Shown here piece by piece: positions 37,815 through 47,605 of a DNA stretch of 60,396 nt. The stretch covers positions 1-60,396 of the forward strand of contig DASSJN010000039.1 of NCBI GenBank assembly GCA_035691185.1. Direction: 5' to 3'. Source of the stretch: Steroidobacteraceae bacterium. Lineage in GTDB: Bacteria > Pseudomonadota > Gammaproteobacteria > Steroidobacterales > Steroidobacteraceae. Within the stretch, counting starts at the first letter, position 1; each line of letters starts with the position of its first letter. A program made the translations under genes and the position numbers. Under the pieces are notes generated by a model that saw only the letters and a list, made by a program, of their open reading frames with translations, did no database searches and was not told the DNA's origin.

Positions 37815-37815
37815 A
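37778..37815. promoter_or_regulatory. Tandem ARG boxes (ArgR operator)
   Basis: ATGAATAAAAGACGACCA is followed after 2 nt by the perfect 18-bp palindrome TGTGCATAATTATGCACA. Compare the E. coli ARG box wnTGAATwwwwATTCAnw. This is an AT-rich patch between divergent genes. Confidence 0.6.
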
Positions 37816-37843
37816 CGCTGTCAATACCGCTGCAGGTGCGACC

Positions 37844-38482
37844 ATGAGCGATCCGCAGGACGAGCGACGCCGGCTGGAACTGTTCCGGAGCCTGCACGGG
37901 CTGGCGCGGACGGGTCTGCACTTCTGCCGCGATGTCTACGACCGCGAACGCTACGAGCAGATCGAGCAGATCGCGGCCGAACTGCTCGCGGGCGGTGCGG
38001 GGCTCACGCCCGGCGAGCTCAGGCGCGAATGGGCGCACGAGACCGGCTACGTGACGCCCAAGATCGAGGTGCGCGGTGCGGTCTTCCGCGCTGCGGACGG
38101 CAAGGTCCTGCTCGTGCGGGAGGCGTCGGACGGTCTCTGGACGTTGCCCGGCGGCTGGGCCGACATCAACGACACGCCGTCGGGAGCGGTCCGTCGCGAG
38201 ATCGAGCAGGAGGCGGGCTTCCGCACGCGAGTGCTCAAGCTTGCGGCGCTCTACGATCGCAATGCCCACGGGCACACGCGGTCGATCTTCCACAGCTGGA
38301 AGGCTTTCTTCATCTGCGAGGTCGAGGGCGGCGCCGCGCGCGGAAGCTACGAGACCGATGCCGTCGATTTCTTCGACCCGCACGCGCTGCCGCCGATGTC
38401 GCTCGGTCGCTGCACGCCGCAGCAGGTGCTGCGCATGCGGCAGCACTGGCTCGACCCCGACCTCCCCACCGACTTCGACTGA
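37844..38482 (+). CDS. NUDIX hydrolase with N-terminal helical (Nudix_N_2-like) domain
   Basis: Nudix box GGWADINDTPSGAVRREIEQEAGF. The ATG at 37844 lies inside track ORF 37778..38482. Confidence 0.8.
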   Translation: MSDPQDERRRLELFRSLHGLARTGLHFCRDVYDRERYEQIEQIAAELLAGGAGLTPGELRREWAHETGYVTPKIEVRGAVFRAADGKVLLVREASDGLWTLPGGWADINDTPSGAVRREIEQEAGFRTRVLKLAALYDRNAHGHTRSIFHSWKAFFICEVEGGAARGSYETDAVDFFDPHALPPMSLGRCTPQQVLRMRQHWLDPDLPTDFD

Positions 38483-38537
38483 TGGCCTCTCCCGCGCGCG
38501 CGAGAGGTCGGCCGCGAGCGGGGTGACGGCCGCGGCC

Positions 38538-41500
38538 TCAGCGTTCGATGCGGTACTCGAAATCGGCGCTCTGCTCGAGGCCCGACTCGGCCTTGATCGA
38601 CCAGTGGTCGTTCAACGTGTAGCGGAGCTTGATCGTGTTGATCGCCTCGGCGATCGAAATGCCGTAGCTCACGAACAGCTTGGGCGAGAGCGCCTTGCCC
38701 AGCACGACGGCCGTGTCGTCCTCGCCGCTCTTCTCGAGGCTGACCTCGTCGAGCCCCAGCCGGGTGCCCAGGCCGCCCAGCAGCAGGCCGCCGCCGCTGA
38801 CCGCCAGGCTTTCGGCGGCCTGGTTGACGTTGGCCGCCTCGCCCGACTGCAGCGTGTCGATCGAGCGCCCGGTCAGCAGGTAGGAGAGTGCCTCGTTGCT
38901 GGGCATCGACGGCGTCGACGTGATCGCGATGTACGGGTTGTCGATCGTGCCGCGCACGTTCACGGCGACGGTGATGTCGGTGTCCTTGATCTTGCGCTCC
39001 GCGACGATCTCGAGCTGGGGCTCGCTGAGCGGCGTGTTCCGGTACGTGAGCAGCCCCTTGGTGATACGCACGTCCTGGCCGAACGCCCGGTACTCACCCT
39101 CGGCCACGCGGATCGTGCCGTTGCCGCGCGCGACGTCGTCCGGCACGGTCGAGACCGTGACGTCACCGGCGAGTCGCGCCTTGAGGCCGTAGGCCTCGAC
39201 GCGCACGGACTCGCCGAGCAACACCATGACGCTCGAGGTCATGCGCCGCGTGGTCGACGGCCCGTCGTCCTCGACGTCCGGCAGGCCCACGACCCGCTCG
39301 TCGGGGGAGGTGCTCACCGAACTCGTGAATTCCCGCGGCGATATCCGCGCTGTCGGGATGAGCACTTCTCCCTCGACGCGGTAACCCTCCGGCCCGGCGC
39401 GCAGCACGATGTCCGGCGACGCGAGCACGCGATACTCCGGAGTGTCCGCGACGAGGAGCTGCTCGCCTCGCAGTCGCATCGAGCCCGTCATCACGCCCTG
39501 CGGCCAGCGGAAGTCGCCGTTGATCGTGAGGTTGCCCTTCGCGGTCTGCCCCTGGGCGGTGAACCGGAACTCGTCGCCCGCGAACGAGCCGTCGGCCTGC
39601 AGCGCAGACACGATCAGGTTGGTTCGGTAGAGCTCGAGCCGCCCCTCGCGCAACGCGAAATCACCCGTGAACTCCGGCTGGCCGAGCGTGCCGCCGATCG
39701 TGACCTGGCCGTTGAGCTTGCCGGCCGCGCGATCGATCTCCGGTACCAGCAGCGGCAACACCTTGATCGCCTCGGAACGCCCGACCACCTGTCCCCGGAC
39801 CGGCGATGCGAGCACGTCGCCGCGCCGGTCGACGATGGCTTCGCCGCGGAGGCTGGTGGACTCGTCCACCTCGAAATTCAGCTCGGCGCGCATCTCGCGC
39901 GGCTCGACGTAGAGATCGACCCGGCTGCTGCCGAGCTGGATGCGTTCCGTGCGGAACTTGTTGCGCGGCATGTCGAACGCGGGCTCGTGCACGAGCACGG
40001 TGCTGCCGCCGACCCACGGCTTGCCGGGCTCCTGCTCCGCCCAGCCGCTCGCCTGCAGTCGCCCGTCGAACTCGCGCCAGCCGAGGAGCGTGCGCAGCAG
40101 GCGCTTGAGCGGCCAGTCCTGCGCGCTGTAGATCACGCGCCAGGACGGCCGGGGCGCTCGACGATGCTCGCCTTCCACGCACAGGCGCGCATCGTCCGCC
40201 GTGCGCAGGCACAGCGGCGAGGAGCGCTGCAGGCCCGGGCCGACGGTGAGCGCCGCGGGCTGGATCAGCCGCGCTTCACCGTCGAGGAACACGACGTCGG
40301 CCTGCGTCAGGTTGCCCGTCCAGGTCGCCTGCGTGACATCGAATCCGCCCGCGGCTCGCACTTCCCCCTGGAACTCGGCGATCTTGCGCTCGGGATTGCC
40401 CGGGGAAGCGAACGCGAGCAGCAGGTCGTGCTCTGCCAGGAACCCGTCGAGCCCGGCGTGGATCGAGTCGAAATCGACCACGCCCGTGGCGACGTAGTTG
40501 GCCGTGAGGGCCACGCTGGATCGATGCCGGTCGCTGCCGTCGACGTCGACGTCTGCCGCGGCGCCGGAGATCGTCACCCCCTGGAACGTGAAACGCTGCA
40601 GGCGCGCCGTCGCCTGTACCCGCGGCCGTTTCGGCGAGCCGCGCGCGGTGCCGCGCGAGACGAGCTGCCCGTTCATGCCCGTCGCGACGAACGCGAGCGA
40701 GCGCAAGTCGAGGTTCCATTCCAGGTCCAGGGTCTCGGCGCCCACCCGACCCTGCACGTCGACGAAGGACGGGCCGTTCGCGATCCGCACGTCCCGCAGG
40801 TCGAACACGCCACTGCGATGCGCAACCTCGCCGCGGCCGGTCAGCGGTCGACCGAACACCGTGCCGGAGAGCGACGTGAGCCGCGCGGTCCATGGTGCGG
40901 AGGCCGTGAGCCCCGCGCCGGCGATCGTGCCTCGTGCGCTGATCGTCCCGTTCACGCCGGGGCGCAGTTCGTGGATCGCGAGCGACCGCGCATCGACGTC
41001 GAACGCCCAGCGCTGCGCCCCGATCCACTGGAGCTTGCCGCGTGCGCCGATCCGACCGCGCAGCGTATAGCCGTCGAACCGGTCGAGCGTGAGACCGTTC
41101 TTGTCGACCGCGGCTGTCGCCTCGAAGCTGACCTTGGGCAGCGCGGCGCCCTGGACTTCCGCGCGGGCGACGACCTCGTACGGCGCCGAGCCCTCGATCG
41201 AATAGACGCCCCGGGGGCTCAGGACCACGGGCTCCGCGCGTTCGTCGAGCGGCCAACGCAGCGCCGTCCACTCCCCGGACAGTGCGAGCCGGGGCAGCGT
41301 GCCTTCGGGTGCGTCGCGCGGCGCGAGTTCGACGCGACCGCTCGAAGCGAAGGCGAGTCCGGTGCGCGGCAACCATGCGCGGAAGCTCGCGACCTCGATC
41401 GCGCGGTCGGCGTCGGCGTACCGGCCGCTGCCCTGCAGCCGCACCTGCTGTCCGGGGAGCGACGCCGAGGTCAGCGTGCCGTCGAAGCCGAGCCCGTTCC

Positions 41501-42347
41501 GGCCCGCCGCCAGTGACACGGTCCCGCTCAGGCGCGGGATCCGATCGGGCGGCAGCCACGGCGAGCCGTCGAAATCGACGAGCCGCAACGTACCGCGCGC
41601 GCGAGGGCTCCCCGTCAGGTCGAGCAGGGTGCCCGAGAAGCTGAGCTGGGTCGGCGCGTCGAGGTACAGCTCGGCGCCGAGTCGATCGAGCTTGCCGCGC
41701 GTCTCGATTCGGAACCGGTAGTCGTAGGCATCCTCCGGGAAGCGCCATTCGCCGTGCAGGTTCGTGCGCAAACCGAGCGGCTCGGTCGCCCGCAGCACGA
41801 GCGAACCCGTGGCGAGCCCCTGCGGTCCGCGCACGTCGAGCGAATCCAGATCGAGACGCCAGCGCGTGAGTTTCAGCGACCCGGTTGCCCGGCTCCCGAC
41901 GATTTTCTGGCCGCCCTGCGTGTACACCTGTGCCGGCCCGACGCGGAACGACGGCGCGACGATGCTGAGACCCGCCGGGAGGAAATGCGGCGCCGTCTTC
42001 GGCCGCTCGGGTCGCGGCTTGAGCCGCACCGAGACCTGCCCGATCGAGAAATCCCGCAGATGCACCGTGCCGGCCAGCAACGCGCGCGACTGCATTGCGA
42101 CGTGGACGTCGCTCGCCTCGAGGTAGACCGCTTCGTGGTCGACGACGATACGTTCGGCATCGAGCGGACCTGCGAGCGTGCCGCGCGCGCCGGAGACGTC
42201 GATGCGCAGACCCGGCAGCCGGTCGAGCTGTCGAATTGCGAAGTCGAGCCCCGCTTGCGTGTACAGCAGGCGATGCGCGAGCAGGCCGAACGTCCCGAGC
42301 AGCAGGAGCAGCACGGCCCCGGCGATGATCCAGCCGCGACGCCGCAT
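38538..42347 (-). CDS. tamB: Translocation and assembly module subunit TamB
   Basis: 1269 aa. N-terminal signal anchor, a long beta-helical repeat-like sequence, and a C-terminal DUF490-type ending ...LRYTLNDHWSIKAESGLEQSADFEYRIER. Confidence 0.85.
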   Translation of the reverse strand: MRRRGWIIAGAVLLLLLGTFGLLAHRLLYTQAGLDFAIRQLDRLPGLRIDVSGARGTLAGPLDAERIVVDHEAVYLEASDVHVAMQSRALLAGTVHLRDFSIGQVSVRLKPRPERPKTAPHFLPAGLSIVAPSFRVGPAQVYTQGGQKIVGSRATGSLKLTRWRLDLDSLDVRGPQGLATGSLVLRATEPLGLRTNLHGEWRFPEDAYDYRFRIETRGKLDRLGAELYLDAPTQLSFSGTLLDLTGSPRARGTLRLVDFDGSPWLPPDRIPRLSGTVSLAAGRNGLGFDGTLTSASLPGQQVRLQGSGRYADADRAIEVASFRAWLPRTGLAFASSGRVELAPRDAPEGTLPRLALSGEWTALRWPLDERAEPVVLSPRGVYSIEGSAPYEVVARAEVQGAALPKVSFEATAAVDKNGLTLDRFDGYTLRGRIGARGKLQWIGAQRWAFDVDARSLAIHELRPGVNGTISARGTIAGAGLTASAPWTARLTSLSGTVFGRPLTGRGEVAHRSGVFDLRDVRIANGPSFVDVQGRVGAETLDLEWNLDLRSLAFVATGMNGQLVSRGTARGSPKRPRVQATARLQRFTFQGVTISGAAADVDVDGSDRHRSSVALTANYVATGVVDFDSIHAGLDGFLAEHDLLLAFASPGNPERKIAEFQGEVRAAGGFDVTQATWTGNLTQADVVFLDGEARLIQPAALTVGPGLQRSSPLCLRTADDARLCVEGEHRRAPRPSWRVIYSAQDWPLKRLLRTLLGWREFDGRLQASGWAEQEPGKPWVGGSTVLVHEPAFDMPRNKFRTERIQLGSSRVDLYVEPREMRAELNFEVDESTSLRGEAIVDRRGDVLASPVRGQVVGRSEAIKVLPLLVPEIDRAAGKLNGQVTIGGTLGQPEFTGDFALREGRLELYRTNLIVSALQADGSFAGDEFRFTAQGQTAKGNLTINGDFRWPQGVMTGSMRLRGEQLLVADTPEYRVLASPDIVLRAGPEGYRVEGEVLIPTARISPREFTSSVSTSPDERVVGLPDVEDDGPSTTRRMTSSVMVLLGESVRVEAYGLKARLAGDVTVSTVPDDVARGNGTIRVAEGEYRAFGQDVRITKGLLTYRNTPLSEPQLEIVAERKIKDTDITVAVNVRGTIDNPYIAITSTPSMPSNEALSYLLTGRSIDTLQSGEAANVNQAAESLAVSGGGLLLGGLGTRLGLDEVSLEKSGEDDTAVVLGKALSPKLFVSYGISIAEAINTIKLRYTLNDHWSIKAESGLEQSADFEYRIER

Positions 42348-42348
42348 G

Positions 42349-44142
42349 CTAGAGCACCTGGGTGATGTTCAGATGTAACCGGGGGCTCATGTCGTCTTGC
42401 GACAGCGCCTGCGCGACGTCCAGCCCGATCATGAGCATCGGCAGCTTCCAGCGGACGCCGATGCCGACCGAGTACTCGAGCGGCGTGTCCCAGTCGTTGA
42501 AGGCGTTGCCGAAGTCGAAGAAGACCGCGCCGCGGAAATTCCGTGGAAGATCGCGCTCGAGTTCGAGGCTACCCACGATCTTGTGCTCGCCACCGCCGCT
42601 CTTCGTCGTCGACTCGCCGTCGGCGGGGTCCACCGGCGGACTCAGCTCGTTGATGCCGAACCCGCGCACGCTGCGGTCGCCGCCGGCGAAGAAGCGCTGC
42701 GACGCCGGCAGCTCGGAGAACTCGTCGATCCAGCTCGTGCCGAATTCGGCGCGCGTGCGCAGGTACCACGGGCCGCTGATCTTCCAGACGCGTTCCGCCC
42801 GGCCGTAGAAGCGCAGGTACGACGCGTCCGAGCCGAGCGTCTGCGGGCTGCCGGACAGCTCGGCGTAGTACGCGGCGTCCCGCACCCAGCCCGTCAGGAA
42901 ATTGGGCGGCAGGCTCGCATAGCTGATGCCCGGGACCAGCAGCAGCGCGTCGTCCTCGGTGCCGTCTGCGAAGCCCGTGATTTCGCGGCTCAGTCGCAGG
43001 AACAGGACCTGCTGCCAGCGGCCGAACACCTGCGTGACTCCCCCGGTCAGCTCGACGCGTTCGCTGTCGAGGTCGCCGATCTCCTCGTCGATGTAGGCGA
43101 CGGAGAACTCCAGCTTCTCGAGGCTCGGGTCACCGACGGGGATCACGTATCGTCCCGCCGCCTCGTAGCCCAGCTCCGACGCGGTCAGCTCGGCCCGCAT
43201 GCGGTGGCCACGCCTGTTCACGCGCCGGTTGTCCCACGTGAACTGGCCACGCACGCCCGTGTCGGTGCCGTACCCCAGGTTGACCCCGTAGCGATTGCGC
43301 TTGATCGGCTCGGCGTGGATGCGCACCGGGACGATGAGCTTCCCGGGGTCGCGCTCGCCGGGCGCGACGACCACCGACGAAAAGTAATTGCTGTCCTCCA
43401 GCGCATACTGGGTATTGGTGACCTCGGTCGGCGAGTACGGCTGCCCCTCCGAGAAGCGCAGGAAGCCGCGCAGCAGGTCGTCCTCGATGACGTCCTGCTC
43501 GATCGTGAGCGGGCCGAACTCGTAGCGTCCGCCGGTCTCGAGCGTCAGCCTCGCATCGGCCGTCAGCTCCGTCGGGTTGACGACGAGTTCGCGGCGCGTG
43601 AGCGTCGCGTCGAGGTAGCCGCGGTCGCGGGCCGCGCGCATGAGCGAGGCCTTGAGCGACTCGTACGCGGTGTGGTCCAGCCGCGTGCCGCGCTTCAGCG
43701 TCGAGGTCGCGGTGACGGCCGCGAGTTCGCGGTCTTTCGCGCCCGGCCCTTCGACGACCACCTCCACCGTCTTCATGCGCACCGGTTCGCCCGGATCGAT
43801 GCGCAGGCGCACGATCCAGTTCGGCTCGTCGCGGGTGGTGCGGCTGCGGATCTTCGGCGCGTAGTAGCCGAACGGCCGCAACGCGTCGGCGGCCTCGTCG
43901 ACCGCACGATCGGCGAGCCGGCGCACTTGCGGGTCCGTCAGGTCCTGGCGCGTGGCATAGCGGGTCAGTGTCAGGTACGCGCGAACGTTCTCGGCGACCT
44001 CGTCCTCGACGCCCGAGATGCTCAGTACGATCCGCTCGCGCGGGGCGCCGTGCCCGGCCCCCGGCCAGGCAAGCGCGACCGCCAGCGCACAGAGGCTGGC
44101 CAGGCGGGTGACATGCAGGACGTTACGCGACCGGACGCTCAT
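42349..44142 (-). CDS. tamA: Translocation and assembly module subunit TamA (Omp85 family)
   Basis: 597 aa. POTRA repeats, an Omp85 barrel (FFAGGDRSVRGF), and a terminal aromatic-rich strand. Lies 1 nt upstream of tamB. Confidence 0.85.
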   Translation of the reverse strand: MSVRSRNVLHVTRLASLCALAVALAWPGAGHGAPRERIVLSISGVEDEVAENVRAYLTLTRYATRQDLTDPQVRRLADRAVDEAADALRPFGYYAPKIRSRTTRDEPNWIVRLRIDPGEPVRMKTVEVVVEGPGAKDRELAAVTATSTLKRGTRLDHTAYESLKASLMRAARDRGYLDATLTRRELVVNPTELTADARLTLETGGRYEFGPLTIEQDVIEDDLLRGFLRFSEGQPYSPTEVTNTQYALEDSNYFSSVVVAPGERDPGKLIVPVRIHAEPIKRNRYGVNLGYGTDTGVRGQFTWDNRRVNRRGHRMRAELTASELGYEAAGRYVIPVGDPSLEKLEFSVAYIDEEIGDLDSERVELTGGVTQVFGRWQQVLFLRLSREITGFADGTEDDALLLVPGISYASLPPNFLTGWVRDAAYYAELSGSPQTLGSDASYLRFYGRAERVWKISGPWYLRTRAEFGTSWIDEFSELPASQRFFAGGDRSVRGFGINELSPPVDPADGESTTKSGGGEHKIVGSLELERDLPRNFRGAVFFDFGNAFNDWDTPLEYSVGIGVRWKLPMLMIGLDVAQALSQDDMSPRLHLNITQVL

Positions 44143-44996
44143 TCGGGGGAAGCGTCGAGCTTCTCGTGCAGCGCGTTCGTCTGCGCCGCGCCTTCGCCAT
44201 CATGATCGACCCAGCGAGCCGGCACGGCTTCGCTGTCGAATTGCATCCGCGTGGCGCCTGTCAGCTCGCCCGCCGCGTCGAAACGACGTTCATGCATCGT
44301 CGACCGACCGTCGTGTTCGACCAGCAGCAACGTCGAGGAGCGTGTGCCGTATCGGCCGTGCGCGACGAAGGGCGCCGAGAGCGCGCGTTCCCAGTCGGGC
44401 GGCAGGCCCGTGTCGGGGATTTCTTCCTCGGCGGCCGGTTCCCGGTCGGCGAGCAGTGCGAACAGGCGATCGGGCTCGAGATCGTCCTGCGCGACGAGGT
44501 TCGCGAGGGCCTGTCGCGTGCGCAGCAGTTTCGGCCACGGCGAATCGAGCAGATGGTTGCTGAGCCCGTATGTGCCGGGCGCGAGTGCAGCGGCCGGCTG
44601 CCCGTTGCGGTTGGTGAAGTAACGCAGCGTCCGCGCATCGCCGACGAGCAGGCTGAACCCCGCGTAGCGGACGGCACGACCGCGCAGCGCGTCCAGGTAT
44701 CGCTCCGGCGACACCTCGTCCGCGAGGAAGCCGGTGACCAGCTCACCGCGCGAGGGCGCGTCGGGGGATGGCGGCGGCTCGAGGTCGCGGTAATTGGTCA
44801 CGACCCCGAACCGTCCCGACCGCGACACGCCCATCCAGGTCCCGCCGCCGCGCAGGTCGCGCCCTGCCAGGACGTCCGGCTCATCGAGCCACCATCCGAG
44901 CGGCGCCGATGGGCGGTCGTGGAACTCGTCCCGGTTCGCGGCGATGACCAGCCGGTACCGCGGGTGCGTTTTCCAGGCGAGCACGAGGAGACACAT
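44139..44996 (-). CDS. NRDE (TANGO2/DUF833) family protein
   Basis: MCLLVLAWKTHPRYRLVIAANRDEF... contains the eponymous N-terminal Cys and the NRDE motif. ATGA overlap with tamA. Confidence 0.8.
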   Translation of the reverse strand: MCLLVLAWKTHPRYRLVIAANRDEFHDRPSAPLGWWLDEPDVLAGRDLRGGGTWMGVSRSGRFGVVTNYRDLEPPPSPDAPSRGELVTGFLADEVSPERYLDALRGRAVRYAGFSLLVGDARTLRYFTNRNGQPAAALAPGTYGLSNHLLDSPWPKLLRTRQALANLVAQDDLEPDRLFALLADREPAAEEEIPDTGLPPDWERALSAPFVAHGRYGTRSSTLLLVEHDGRSTMHERRFDAAGELTGATRMQFDSEAVPARWVDHDGEGAAQTNALHEKLDASPE

Positions 44997-45066
44997 AGGT
45001 CGGCGATTGTAGGGGTGGGTTGCGGCTTGCGTCGCTGCGCGGGGCGCGGTCGGGGCCTGCCGCGCG

Positions 45067-45678
45067 TCAGCGCTTCGGCTCGACCGGTGCGACGCCGCGG
45101 TCCGCCGGGGCGCGGCGTCCGAGCAGGCGTCGCGTCTTTCGCCAGGCCCAGGCGAGCAGGACGACGACCAGCAGCAGCGCGAGGACCGGCAGGACGATCG
45201 CGAACAGCGCGAGCCCGGTCGCGCCGATCGTCTCGGCAGTCGACACGACTGGGTTGGCCAGTCCGCCCGTCATGAGGCCCGACTTGGCACGCACGAGCGC
45301 CGTGCCGCCTTTGGTCAGGGTGGCGATGCCGCCGCCGCCGATGACCGCCACCGGCCACAGGATGCCCGGCGGCAGGTCCGTCATGACCGCCGCGCTCGCG
45401 ACGATGCCCGCGACCAGCGCTGCGGGGCTCGCGATCACGTCCAGCGCGTGATCGACGCCCGGCACGTAGTACGCGAGCGTCTCCGCGGCCGCCGCCGTGC
45501 CGAGCATCACCAGCGCCGGCGTGCTTGCGAGCCATTCGAAGTGCTCGGACAACGGCAGGTGCCCGTAGTGCGCCGCCAGGCCGGCGACCAGCAAAGGCAC
45601 GAACACGCGGAATCCCGTCGCTGCAGCCAGGCCGATGCCGAGCGCGACGCCGGCGAAGGTGGTCCAGGAGACATCCAT
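45067..45678 (-). CDS. DUF4126-like integral membrane protein
   Basis: 203 aa, Gly/Ala-rich with multiple TM segments and a basic tail. The family call is from memory. Confidence 0.55.
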   Translation of the reverse strand: MDVSWTTFAGVALGIGLAAATGFRVFVPLLVAGLAAHYGHLPLSEHFEWLASTPALVMLGTAAAAETLAYYVPGVDHALDVIASPAALVAGIVASAAVMTDLPPGILWPVAVIGGGGIATLTKGGTALVRAKSGLMTGGLANPVVSTAETIGATGLALFAIVLPVLALLLVVVLLAWAWRKTRRLLGRRAPADRGVAPVEPKR

Positions 45679-45763
45679 CGTCGGAATCCTTCAGGTTCCC
45701 CAGTACAGCCACCCCCGCCGGCATTCTATCGGGAGGCGACGGCCGCGTCGGGGGCTCGTTCGT

Positions 45764-46534
45764 TCACAGTTGCAGTCGGACGGCGTCCCACGCGGTCTTG
45801 GCGATCAGCGCACCGACGACGCCGAGGAACACCTTGCGCACGAGTCCGCTGCCGCGGCGAATCGCGAGATGGCTGCCGAACTGTGCTCCGGCCACGTTGC
45901 ACGCCGCCATCGCGAGTCCGAGCAGCCAGTAGAGCTCGCCGGTGAGCCCGAACAGGATGACCGCGGCGACGTTGGTCGACGCATTGACGATCTTGGCCGA
46001 CGCCGAAGCGTGCAGGAAATCGAGCCCGAACGCCCGGACGAACAGGAAGACGAGGAAGCTGCCGGTGCCGGGGCCGAAGAAGCCGTCGTAGAGACCGATC
46101 GCCCCCGCGCTGGCCGCCGCGAGCCACGGGCCCTGCCGGCCGTAGCGCCGGGGCCGGTGCTCCCGCCCGAGATCGCGATGCAGCAGCGTATAGAACAACA
46201 CTGCCAGCAGCAGCACGGGCACGAGCGTCCGGAAATGCTCCGGCGAGAACATCGTCGCGATCCAGGCGCCCGCGAGCGAAGCGACGAAGGCGCCGCCCGC
46301 CGCCGGGAGCACGAGCCCCCAGTCGATACGCACGTGGCGGATGAACCGCGCGATGGCGCTGCTCGTGCCGGCGAGGCCGGCGAGCTTGCCCGTCCCGAGC
46401 AACGTCGTGTGCGGCGCGCCCGGATACGCGGCGAACAGCGCCGGCAGTTACACGAGCCCGCCGCCGCCCGCCATGGCGTCGATGAAGCCCGCGCCGAAGG
46501 CGGCGACGAGTACGAACGCGGTCTCGAACGTCAC
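45764..46534 (-). pseudogene. TauE/SafE family anion exporter interrupted by an in-frame TAA
   Basis: The minus-strand frame reads VTFETAFVLVAAFGAGFIDAMAGGGGLV*LPALFAAYPG...TLLGTGKLAGL and continues into track ORF 45764..46402. The stop (about 46448..46450) falls inside the conserved GGGGL-x-x-x-PAL motif. Confidence 0.6.
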
Positions 46535-46562
46535 GGGCGGCGCAATCGTCGCAACGATCGCG

Positions 46563-47534
46563 TCAGCGAGGTGTCGGAACCCAGAGCTTCACGCCGGGCG
46601 TCTGACGCAGCGGCACGCTCGCGCCGGCGTCGTACCAGTGCTCGATCAACCGATACGACACCGACTGCGGGGGCGACAGCCCGGGAAAACCGGATGCGAT
46701 GTCCGCGCGCGTGAACCAGCGTACGTCCTCGAGTTCCTCGTCCGCCTTCGGCACCTGGTCGGCGCCGGCAGTGGCCATGAATCCGATCATCAGCGACGAC
46801 GGGAACGGCCAGGGCTGCGAGGAGTGGTAGTCGGCCTCGGCGATCCGTACGCCCGTCTCTTCGAACACCTCGCGCGCGACGGCGTCCTCGAGGCTTTCGC
46901 CGGGCTCGACGAACCCGGCGATGGTCGAGTAACGGCCTTCCGGCCAGGACGCCTGTCGACCGAGCAGCGCACGTTCGCCGTCGGTCACGAGCACGATGAT
47001 CGCGGGGTCGAGCCGGGGGAAATGGTCGATGGCGCAGTCGGCGTTGGTGCACTTCATGAGGTGTCCCGCGCTCGCGCTCGACGTCGGCGCGCCGCAGGCG
47101 CCGCAGAACCTGTGCCGCTGGCGCCAGTACAGCATTGCCCTCGCATAGGCGAGCACGCCTGCCTCGCTCGGGTCGAGCAACCCGCCCGCAAGACGCAGGT
47201 CCTCGAACTTCACTTCGGCGTCCCCGAAGTGTCGCAGCGCCGGTTCCGGTTGCTCGAACTCGACGGCGAAGTATGTTCTCGACCCCGCACACCCGAGCAG
47301 CACGGGCTCCCGCGCGGGCGTCTGCCGCTGGAATTGCGTGGCCGGGATGAAAGCGGCCGCGGGCCCTGTCGGTTCGCGTCGCAGGAGGTTGCGTGCTCGC
47401 CAGACGGGCACGATCCAGGTGTCGTCGCCGGCGAGTCGCGCCGCGATCCACGCGTCGTCTCGGCGCAGGTGCGCGATGCGATCGAGGTACGGGCCTGAAA
47501 AGACGTTCGGTGGGCGGGGCACGGCGGCGCGCAT
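46563..47534 (-). CDS. nudC: NAD(+) diphosphatase NudC
   Basis: Zinc ribbon CGACGAPTSSASAGHLMKCTNADC. Nudix box GFVEPGESLEDAVAREVFEETGV followed by SQPWPFPSSLM. ATG at 47534 within the longer track ORF. Confidence 0.85.
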   Translation of the reverse strand: MRAAVPRPPNVFSGPYLDRIAHLRRDDAWIAARLAGDDTWIVPVWRARNLLRREPTGPAAAFIPATQFQRQTPAREPVLLGCAGSRTYFAVEFEQPEPALRHFGDAEVKFEDLRLAGGLLDPSEAGVLAYARAMLYWRQRHRFCGACGAPTSSASAGHLMKCTNADCAIDHFPRLDPAIIVLVTDGERALLGRQASWPEGRYSTIAGFVEPGESLEDAVAREVFEETGVRIAEADYHSSQPWPFPSSLMIGFMATAGADQVPKADEELEDVRWFTRADIASGFPGLSPPQSVSYRLIEHWYDAGASVPLRQTPGVKLWVPTPR

Positions 47535-47605
47535 GACGGCAGAACACGCAGTGTAGCCAACTTCTGCAGGGTCGCGCGGACCCCCGGGGCGCCGCGGGCA
47601 GTCCG

